From positions 1-24,773 of the forward strand of contig CAZGJX010000066.1 of assembly GCA_964525635.1 (NCBI GenBank): DNA of 24,773 nt, in the 5' to 3' direction. The notes under the pieces were generated by a model. The model was not told the DNA's origin and searched no databases. It saw only the letters and a program-made list of their open reading frames with translations. Position 1 is the first letter of the stretch. Each line of letters starts with the position of its first letter. The position numbers were made by a program, and so were the translations under genes. This DNA is from an uncultured archaeon (GTDB taxonomy: Archaea; Asgardarchaeota; Lokiarchaeia; Sigyniarchaeales; SOKP01). Positions 17,483 through 24,773 of the stretch are shown here, in pieces.

Positions 17483-19255
17483 ATGATTGATCAATTTATT
17501 TGTCTTTTACTGTCATTAACATTATCGATATTTACAATAATATATTATATCTTGAAATATATATTAATAAAAAAAAATTTAAGAGAGAAAGGAAGTAAAG
17601 TAAATTATTTGAAATTCTTTATCATTTTTTTATTTTTTATATCATTCTCTCTAAACAGTTTTGTTTTATATCTGAATCGTAATAATAAAAATCTATTTTA
17701 TTATGTAATCATGTTTAGCTCAATTCTTATGCTAATACTTTCATTTAGAATATTTTATTCATCATATAAGTTGGAAAATTACAGTATTGGAATGGATTAT
17801 CCAAGTCATTGGAGAAACAAGGGTACAATTAAATTAGGTAAAATATTTTGGAAAAATAAACAGAAACATTCATTTTATCTTCATTTGGAAGATTTAACCC
17901 AACATATGTTCATCACTGGCTTAACTGGTTCAGGAAAAAGTAATTTTTTACAATCTTTTTTACTAGAGTTCAGGAAAAAACATAAAGATATTCCCTTTTT
18001 AATTACAGAATTTAAAGGGGAATATCATCACTTACAAACAAAAATAAAGGATATGTTAATTCTCAAACCAGGAAAGAACTTTAGCATAAATATTTTTGAT
18101 CCAGAAGGCTCAAATCCTGCAATTCACGCAGAACGAGTATTTAAAATCTTTGAAAGCGGAGGTTTACTTGAAAATATCGATTATTCTCCTCAAATGCAGA
18201 GAATATTTATTGAAATACTAAATAGTATTATAAAAGAACCAAAATACCGAAATTGGTCATCTTTTGAAGAAGTTACAAAACAATATCTAAATAAAACAAA
18301 AGATATTACTTTTAAAAATAGTATTATCGCAATACAGAATAGAATTAGGAGATATTATATTGGCCCTTTAAAAAATATCTTTGATAAAGATTCTGGTTAT
18401 AGCGTAAGAGAATTATTTAACCATAAGATTCTTTTAGATTTGAATTCTATAATTAAGTTGGGTGGTGAGAAGGAGGATGCTTTATTCTTTCTTAACATGA
18501 TTTTAAAATATCTTTGGGATAGAAATATTGAATTGGGGAGTAAAAACTATAAAGGTATTAGGCATATAACTATAATTGAGGATGCACAATATTATGCTCC
18601 TCAAGATCTTTTAAAAAGAACAAAATTAACCTCCTACTTAGAGGATATTGCTTTACTTCTGAGAGGCACTGGAGAATGCTTAATTTCTCTTGCTACACGA
18701 CCAAATATTTCAAAAGAGATCCTAAATAATGCAGGAGTTCTTATATGTTTTCAAATCCATATGCAAAAGGAATTTATGCAAGAATTACTAAATTTAGAAG
18801 AATATCAAGTTAAATATCTTTCTGAATTAAAAAGAGGGCAATGTATTGTGAGAGTCAATTCAATTGAAAAACCTTTTCTACTTCAGACTTCTTATATTAA
18901 GCGTCATTGGCTCACTAATAAGGAAATAGATTTCAATAATCAAAAAATTATAGAAGAAAAAAATGATGAGATAAGTAAAAACATTAAAATTAAAAGAGAA
19001 TATAACAAGAAGAAAGAAAAAAAATCAGTTACTATAGGTAAGGAAGTAGAAAAAACGGAATTCATGGAAAACAAACATAAAGAAATCAAAAAAGAATCTT
19101 ATTGTATGTTCTGTAAAAGTGAAATTGATATAAATCGTGGATATTGTGAGAATTGTGCTACATTATTAGAAGAAAGAGATAAAGAATTTAAAGAATTAAA
19201 AGCACTCGTACATACTATTAGAATTCAAGAGAATGAAAAGAAAGATATTATGTAA
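17483..19255 (+). CDS. Membrane-anchored HerA/FtsK/VirB4-superfamily ATPase (DUF87-like) with C-terminal zinc ribbon
   Basis: Three N-terminal hydrophobic helices; QHMFITGLTGSGKS Walker A, EFKGEY, Walker B-like TIIEDAQ, LRGTGE, ATRP, LSELKRGQC; C-terminal CMFC-x10-CENC. Confidence 0.88.
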   Translation: MIDQFICLLLSLTLSIFTIIYYILKYILIKKNLREKGSKVNYLKFFIIFLFFISFSLNSFVLYLNRNNKNLFYYVIMFSSILMLILSFRIFYSSYKLENYSIGMDYPSHWRNKGTIKLGKIFWKNKQKHSFYLHLEDLTQHMFITGLTGSGKSNFLQSFLLEFRKKHKDIPFLITEFKGEYHHLQTKIKDMLILKPGKNFSINIFDPEGSNPAIHAERVFKIFESGGLLENIDYSPQMQRIFIEILNSIIKEPKYRNWSSFEEVTKQYLNKTKDITFKNSIIAIQNRIRRYYIGPLKNIFDKDSGYSVRELFNHKILLDLNSIIKLGGEKEDALFFLNMILKYLWDRNIELGSKNYKGIRHITIIEDAQYYAPQDLLKRTKLTSYLEDIALLLRGTGECLISLATRPNISKEILNNAGVLICFQIHMQKEFMQELLNLEEYQVKYLSELKRGQCIVRVNSIEKPFLLQTSYIKRHWLTNKEIDFNNQKIIEEKNDEISKNIKIKREYNKKKEKKSVTIGKEVEKTEFMENKHKEIKKESYCMFCKSEIDINRGYCENCATLLEERDKEFKELKALVHTIRIQENEKKDIM

Positions 19256-19304
19256 AAAAATTATTAAAATTATAATTAAAAAAAATATAAAGTTGATTTA
19301 CTTC

Positions 19305-19652
19305 TTATTTTAATCCATTTCTAATATTATCAAGATTTTGTTTTAATTGTTGATTATGCTCATGAAATTTCATTAATTTATCACATCTATATGAGTCACA
19401 ATAAGAACAATTTTCTACTTCTTTTTCTATACCACATTTTCTAATTTCACATATATTGCAATAATTTAGTCTTCTTCCGTCTAAAGGTAAACATCCATCA
19501 CAATTAACATCACCTGGTTTTATATCTGAGTTAAATTCCTTAGACCATTTCTCTGCAACTTCCTTTCTTGCATTATCATCATCATTTTGTGTGGCTATAA
19601 ACGCAGGACACTCTGAACAAACTATTCCACAATAAGATATCATTTTTTCCAT
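19305..19652 (-). CDS. DUF3795-domain Cys-rich protein (intact)
   Basis: MEKMISYCGIVCSECPA...CDGC...CNICEIRKC......CSYCDSYRC. ATG 19652 preferred over the ORF-track start 19682. Confidence 0.88.
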   Translation of the reverse strand: MEKMISYCGIVCSECPAFIATQNDDDNARKEVAEKWSKEFNSDIKPGDVNCDGCLPLDGRRLNYCNICEIRKCGIEKEVENCSYCDSYRCDKLMKFHEHNQQLKQNLDNIRNGLK

Positions 19653-19769
19653 AATTAGATTCACTATATAATTTAGAGTCAATATTCATTTTTTATTATA
19701 TAATAATAATAAACAAATAGAATTTAAACTATTGAGAGTATAAATTTATAAACATAATCAAGATTATTC

Positions 19770-19783
19770 AAAAAAAAAAAAAA
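19770..19783 (-). terminator. Oligo-T (T14) archaeal-type terminator candidate
   Basis: A14 run on + strand = T14 on - strand, about 18 nt after the stop of the 19802..20233 gene. Confidence 0.4.
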
Positions 19784-19801
19784 ATCCAAAACATATTCTA
19801 T

Positions 19802-20233
19802 TTATATAATTGAGCGATCCTTACAATACCCATGAAGGAGTAATATTATAATTACCGCATGAAAAGGCATCATAAAAGCATTAATGGAAATCGCGGTTAC
19901 AATCATAAAAATCGTTAATAGAGATCCAATTATACCTAACCAAAATCCATATAGTTTATTTCTTAATACTGCTATACCAGAAATGAATCTTATTATGGTA
20001 AACATAACACCCATTGGAAGATAAAGAATTGGTTCTGTTACCCATGCAGAGATTTCTCCTTCTGGAGATAAAAGTTCAAAAAATGTAAGATTAAAGTTAG
20101 GAATTATATCTAAAGCTATTAATAAAGCTGTCGTACATTGTTGAATTTCAACAATACCATACACAAATAAAATGATGCCAGCTAGTCTTAAAGATTTATT
20201 TTGGTTTATTTTATCATCAATCACGTTTATCAT
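19802..20233 (-). CDS. Hypothetical small membrane protein (~4 TM), divergent from TetR gene
   Basis: 143-aa ORF with four hydrophobic segments. Confidence 0.8.
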   Translation of the reverse strand: MINVIDDKINQNKSLRLAGIILFVYGIVEIQQCTTALLIALDIIPNFNLTFFELLSPEGEISAWVTEPILYLPMGVMFTIIRFISGIAVLRNKLYGFWLGIIGSLLTIFMIVTAISINAFMMPFHAVIIILLLHGYCKDRSII

Positions 20234-20314
20234 CTCATTTTTTTTTTATAAAATTTCATAGAGATTTATTGAATTCAAATATTAAATTATTATATTACAA
20301 TAATAATTAAATAC

Positions 20315-20382
20315 TATAACATTGATCTAGATCAGTATTCTAGAATACATAATAATATATAAATTTTTAGAACAATGATCTA
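20315..20382. promoter_or_regulatory. Three copies of a 15-bp imperfect palindrome (TAGAWCANTGWTCTA), predicted TetR operators
   Basis: TATAACATTGATCTA 20315-20329, TAGATCAGTATTCTA 20328-20342, TAGAACAATGATCTA 20368-20382, all in the divergent promoter region and the last 3 nt before the TetR ATG. Confidence 0.7.
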
Positions 20383-20385
20383 GTA

Positions 20386-21009
20386 ATGAAAAAAAAAATG
20401 AATGATTCAAAGAAAAAGAGAGATCATAATAAAGATATTATATTAGCGTTATATGAACTAATTATAGAAAACGGTTATAATGATATAAGCATAAGAGATA
20501 TTCGTGATAAAGCTAAAGTTGCAATTGGTACAATTTATCACCATTTTCCAGAAGGAAAACCTGCAATTATGAAGAGTCTTATAATTTATTTTACAAATGA
20601 AATTAATAAGACAGACAAGGTCTTAACATCAGATATGATTCTAGATCCTAATTATCTTGGTAATTTTGCTTCAAACCTTATAAAAAATACACATGAATAT
20701 CGTGCTTATTATTCAGCATTAACACAGGCTATATTATCCAATCCTGATTTTTATAAAGATGTTGGTAGTATTTCTACAGATTATTATCGTAGTATTATTA
20801 CCAATCTACGTAATAATTATGAAACCTTTAGAGAAATACCTGAGGATCATTTATTAAAGGCTTTTAAACTCATTAGTCATACCTGTAATGCATTTATTTT
20901 TCAGCATATATTTTTACAGCCTCTTTTTGAATCTGATGAGGAATTAGTAAAATTTTTAACAAAACTGATTGGTTATTATTTAAATTCCGATTTTGAAATT
21001 CTTGATTAA
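20386..21009 (+). CDS. TetR/AcrR-family transcriptional regulator
   Basis: ELIIENGYNDISIRDIRDKAKVAIGTIYHHFPEGK TetR HTH. Confidence 0.93.
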   Translation: MKKKMNDSKKKRDHNKDIILALYELIIENGYNDISIRDIRDKAKVAIGTIYHHFPEGKPAIMKSLIIYFTNEINKTDKVLTSDMILDPNYLGNFASNLIKNTHEYRAYYSALTQAILSNPDFYKDVGSISTDYYRSIITNLRNNYETFREIPEDHLLKAFKLISHTCNAFIFQHIFLQPLFESDEELVKFLTKLIGYYLNSDFEILD

Positions 21010-21039
21010 AAAATGAAAAAAAAAGGTTATAGGAAAAAA

Positions 21040-22137
21040 TTAAAAATTGAAATTCTTTTTCTTAAGAGCTATATAAGTCGTTATAATTGTTATAGATAGG
21101 ACAGAACTGAATAATATTGTTATATCATAACCAGGGATTCCTTCCTCTCCACTAGTTCCTTTCTTTGGACAAGACATTAATGGATAACTATCTTGACTTC
21201 CCGAAGATCCTGATATATCGTAAGGGACATCTCCAATACCATCTCCATCTGTATCGCTCCCTAAATAATCGTCCCAGTAATTTTCCTTTCCATCCTCATC
21301 CCAAGTTGAACCTCCATCATCTAATACATGGTTAGCATTACCAATGAAACAATTAGAATAGAATTTATTACTACTGGTCGATCCATCAAGCACTACACCA
21401 TATATTGTGCTATTTGAAATACTATTACCTCTTACAATATTAGAACTGGAACTTGAATCAAAGAAAATTCCATATGGATTAAGATGAATGATGTTATCTT
21501 CTATAAGGTTTGTATCAGAATCACTATCAATATAAATTCCTGCATCCAAATTAAATGATACAATATTCTCTGAAATAATATTTTCAGTAGATGTAGCTTC
21601 GAGTAATATAGCATAAACAGAACATAGTGAAGCATTATTTCCAATAATTCTATTATCATTGCTGTAAATCAACCAAACAAAAGCACCAGTATATCCAATA
21701 TTACTATTTCTCGTTATATATCCATTTGTAGTATTGTATAAGTGAATGGCTGCCCAACTAGGCGATCCGTTAAAAGTACAATCTTCAATCCGAAAGTATT
21801 TAATAGAATTCGATATAGTAAGACAATTAGTATTAATAGATGAGGTATTGAAAAAATGATTCCTTATCCGATATGGACTAGAAGCGGTACCAGAACCTGT
21901 GCATATTCCTTGATCTTTTGCCCAAGTCCAATTATTGAGGCTCCCTGGCATGTCATCAATCACAATTGAAGTTGTATATGTTGCAGATGTATTTAAATTT
22001 GAAAGAATAGATTCTTGAATGTTATTGTCTCTATTGGTTTGTAGATTCAATAGTGATGAGGTGGATAGAAAAAGAAATAAAAGTAAAATTAATATTACTG
22101 TATTAGATTTAATTTTCATTTTCTTGCTAAATCTCAA
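21040..22137 (-). CDS. Secreted right-handed beta-helix (NosD/PbH1-like) surface protein with IPGY (Loki-CTERM-like) sorting signal
   Basis: N-terminal signal peptide; GSGT..SPYRI; repeated N-x-I-x-x-N units; NYWDDY.G.D.DGDGIGDVPY...D.YPL; C-terminal IPGY-TM-KKK. Alternative ATG at 22119. Confidence 0.88.
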   Translation of the reverse strand: MRFSKKMKIKSNTVILILLLFLFLSTSSLLNLQTNRDNNIQESILSNLNTSATYTTSIVIDDMPGSLNNWTWAKDQGICTGSGTASSPYRIRNHFFNTSSINTNCLTISNSIKYFRIEDCTFNGSPSWAAIHLYNTTNGYITRNSNIGYTGAFVWLIYSNDNRIIGNNASLCSVYAILLEATSTENIISENIVSFNLDAGIYIDSDSDTNLIEDNIIHLNPYGIFFDSSSSSNIVRGNSISNSTIYGVVLDGSTSSNKFYSNCFIGNANHVLDDGGSTWDEDGKENYWDDYLGSDTDGDGIGDVPYDISGSSGSQDSYPLMSCPKKGTSGEEGIPGYDITILFSSVLSITIITTYIALKKKNFNF

Positions 22138-22393
22138 AATTATAGAAATTAATCTATTTATTAATTTAATGATATAAAAATTTTATGTGTTTCTATTTAT
22201 ATATAATGATGATTCTAAGCAAATATCTCCTATATTTGCTAATTATAACAAAAAAAAATGATTTAATTTATCTAAATGGTGAATTTAAAATTCTTGATTG
22301 GAAAAACTTCAATAATTTAAAAAAAAATTATAATTTGATTATAATAATTATTCAATTAAGATTAAATTATAATGAAAAATAAAAGAATAAAAA

Positions 22394-22990
22394 ATGGAAA
22401 TATCTGCTATTTTATTTAACCAATATGAAACTCTTGATGTTTTTGGTCCAATTGAAATTCTAGGTAGATTAAAAAATCATTTTAAAATCAAATTTTATTC
22501 TTTATGTGGAGGTATCGTCTATAGTAGTCAATCTGTACCTATTTTGACAGAAAAAATCGATAAAGCTCCAAATAAAGATTATACTTTATTAATACCTGGA
22601 GGATATGGAACTAGAAATGAGGTTAATAACATAGATCTAATTAGTATAATTGAAGAAAAAGGAAAAAGAGCAACACATATATTCTCAGTTTGTACAGGTG
22701 CTGCCCTCCTTGCAAAAACATATTTATTAAATCAAAAAAGAGCGACAACAAATAAAAGAGTATTTAATTGGGTAAAATCACTAAATAATAAAGTTATTTG
22801 GATTAAAAAAGCAAGATGGGTCGTTGACGGGAATATATATACTTCTTCAGGCGTTTCTGCAGGTATTGATATGACTTTAGCATTTATAAGTGATTTATTA
22901 GGTGAAGAAATTGCTGAACAGCAATGTCAAGAAATTGAGTATATCTGGAATAAAAATCCAGAAAATGATCCATTTGCTGATTTATATTAA
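22394..22990 (+). CDS. DJ-1/PfpI-family protein
   Basis: ETLDVFGP, LIPGG.GTR, SVCTGA nucleophile elbow, ATTN, RWVVDGN..TSSGVSAGIDM. Confidence 0.93.
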   Translation: MEISAILFNQYETLDVFGPIEILGRLKNHFKIKFYSLCGGIVYSSQSVPILTEKIDKAPNKDYTLLIPGGYGTRNEVNNIDLISIIEEKGKRATHIFSVCTGAALLAKTYLLNQKRATTNKRVFNWVKSLNNKVIWIKKARWVVDGNIYTSSGVSAGIDMTLAFISDLLGEEIAEQQCQEIEYIWNKNPENDPFADLY

Positions 22991-23082
22991 TACTTATTCT
23001 TGAAAACACAAGCAAATGAATGGGATCCAGATATTTTAATTAAAGAAATCTTTAATTTTATAAAAAAACAAAATATGATAAG

Positions 23083-23129
23083 AAAGATCCCTCTAAAAAC
23101 AGCTCATCGTAAAGATAAGAAGGATCTTT
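23083..23129 (-). terminator. 12-bp stem-loop just downstream of the GH57 stop, between convergent genes
   Basis: On the - strand AAAGATCCTTCT pairs with AGAGGGATCTTT (one G-U, favouring the - strand) around a 23-nt loop. Confidence 0.35.
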
Positions 23130-23147
23130 TAATACAAATGAAAAGAA

Positions 23148-24365
23148 TCATTTCAGTGAAAGAATAATTTTATTTTGTGCTTTTAACATATCTTCCATGA
23201 TTAAATCCAGCGCTTCTTCTATATCTGGAATATATTCAAAAATGTTAGGTGGAAAGCTTCTTTTTGCATTCACGCTTGCCATCATGACCTCATTTAAACC
23301 CCTTAAAATCATATCTGGGCTATACCAAGGTCGCTTAGAAGCCCACCATGTCTGGCAACTATGAATTCCTCTATCAAGAAGATTACGGGCATTGTTAAAG
23401 ATTTTTTTTCTTTTCGCATCCATGCTTTCATAATATTTTCCTGCTAAATGGATTAGAGTAAGCGCATACATAAAGAAGCGATGTTGTTGTAAATGTGTTT
23501 CGTTATTTGGATCAAACCAGAGAGGGAAAGGGACATCTTGCATGATATCATAGGCCATTGTTGACCAGCTAGAATCTCTTGGTGTTTGGGGTTCTCCGAG
23601 GGGGAACCTTTCTATAATCTCCGAAATCGTACACATTTTGACATCTTGGCGATATGGAACAGCATTAAATAAAGGAATGAGAAAATTAGTGATAGCGTGT
23701 TTCACATGATGTCCATACGTCTCCCCATCCATCGCTGCGACAACATAATAGTCCTCAGAAGTATGCTTATAATAAATACGAGCAATAAAAGCATCAACAT
23801 TGTTTACTTTATCAAAGGCGCAGTCCGTAGAGATTAGATCATCCCTAAATATTAACTTTAATCCATTATGATCCTGAGATATAAATGTTGTAGGCCAAGG
23901 ATTAAAAGTATTTGCAATTCCGCTCATAATCACCCACTCAAAACCCATATCTTTAATGGACTTTAATACTTCCTCTGATATTGCCATTTCAGGAGGGAAA
24001 AAGCCTTTTGGTTGGTATACATCCCCAAAGAACATTCGATTAGTTTCATGATTTAATTTAATTTGACGCTTTATTTCTGGTTCAGGGATGAGAGGTAAGA
24101 GGGGATGAAACTTTCCTGAACCAGTAAATTCAATTTGCCCTCGAGACGCAAGAATGGTGATTCCATCAATGATATCATTATATCCGAAATCATTTAATTG
24201 CTCTGTTAGTGTAGCATTGATATTTAATGTTATTTTAGCCTCTGGATGGGTTTTTAAGGCTTCAATTATGGGTCGATAGGATTCTTTCGTAATTTGTCTA
24301 ATAACTGGGGCAATTTGAGTTGGGGGTTGATAGATATGAAATAAAAATGCAAAATAAACTACTAT
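23148..24365 (-). CDS. Glycoside hydrolase family 57 (alpha-amylase/amylopullulanase-like), 405 aa, probable ATA start
   Basis: The frame is open 111 codons upstream of the ORF-track ATG (24035) up to TAA at 24369-24371. It contains FLFHIYQPP, ESYRP, LNINATLTEQL and GQIEFTGSGKFHPLLPL; the downstream part has FFPPEMA and DGETYGHH catalytic regions. Confidence 0.88.
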   Translation of the reverse strand: MVVYFAFLFHIYQPPTQIAPVIRQITKESYRPIIEALKTHPEAKITLNINATLTEQLNDFGYNDIIDGITILASRGQIEFTGSGKFHPLLPLIPEPEIKRQIKLNHETNRMFFGDVYQPKGFFPPEMAISEEVLKSIKDMGFEWVIMSGIANTFNPWPTTFISQDHNGLKLIFRDDLISTDCAFDKVNNVDAFIARIYYKHTSEDYYVVAAMDGETYGHHVKHAITNFLIPLFNAVPYRQDVKMCTISEIIERFPLGEPQTPRDSSWSTMAYDIMQDVPFPLWFDPNNETHLQQHRFFMYALTLIHLAGKYYESMDAKRKKIFNNARNLLDRGIHSCQTWWASKRPWYSPDMILRGLNEVMMASVNAKRSFPPNIFEYIPDIEEALDLIMEDMLKAQNKIILSLK

Positions 24366-24773
24366 GATTTATTCACTTTATACTTTTGAATAACTTATAA
24401 TATTAATCTAAATAGAGGGTAAGAAATTTATATTTATTTATTAAAAAAATCATGGTTATTAAAAGTATATTTTATCATTATAAAAATTAGTATAATTTCA
24501 TTGATAATCTTAGTTCGTAGAAAACTTAAATATAAGTAATTAAGATTTCTTCTTTTATTCATTTTTGTTCCAGATCTATTTGTAGATCAAAGGTTTTTTT
24601 TAGTTGAATTCTATTATTCAATGTTTTCTCATATATCTGGAATATTGCATAATCTATTTCATATATCTTTATAACTAAAAAAATATTAAACAAAAATATT
24701 ATAGTTATAATCAAAAATATTTAATAACTTAACTTATGCGTTTTTTATTTTTTAAGTTTTCTATTCTTTCATT

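Noticed and set aside
22185-22382. 65-aa ORF on + strand
   Set aside because: Extremely AT-rich I/L/N/K composition typical of translated divergent-promoter DNA.
23000-23167. ~55-codon TTG-started frame (LKTQANEWDPDILIKEIF...) after the DJ-1 gene
   Set aside because: No recognisable motif, and it overlaps the GH57 3' end and a hairpin; cannot be supported.
24370-24773. Short coding-looking stretch on - strand near 24530-24675
   Set aside because: No start codon, internal stop, no recognisable family; treated as AT-rich intergenic DNA or an unidentifiable remnant.
1-24773. Genome-wide TGA=Trp recoding, CRISPR array, transposase, tRNA/rRNA
   Set aside because: Several intact genes end in TGA at their expected lengths and Trp is encoded by TGG throughout; no repeat-spacer array, transposase motif or cloverleaf was seen.

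Overview
Very AT-rich archaeal chromosomal segment, most likely from an Asgard archaeon of the Lokiarchaeia/Promethearchaeota type. This is an inference from the IPGY-type Loki-CTERM sorting signal, archaeal uS2, double-HTH Lrp regulator and many zinc-ribbon proteins. The core genes are rps2, tmk, a leuC/leuD-family pair, aroE, aroK and a cooC-like ATPase. They are interleaved with accessory genes: three DUF3795-type Cys-rich genes (two broken by an in-frame TGA), a B12-binding radical SAM enzyme, a membrane-anchored HerA/VirB4-like ATPase, a TetR module with visible operators, a beta-helix surface protein, DJ-1/PfpI and a GH57 glycoside hydrolase. The most unusual signals are (1) a ~250-nt GC-enriched, multi-helix, strand-specific candidate ncRNA at ~1505-1755 that matches no RNA family I recognise; (2) a tandem trio of LITAF-like (CxxC-hydrophobic-CxxC) membrane proteins with C-terminal zinc ribbons; (3) an in-frame TGA in a potential UxxC context joining two ORFs into one DUF3795 gene; (4) a GH57 gene whose conserved N-terminus has no ATG/GTG/TTG start (probable ATA start); and (5) an unannotated 56-aa zinc-ribbon gene. 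No tRNA, rRNA, CRISPR array or transposase was recognised.
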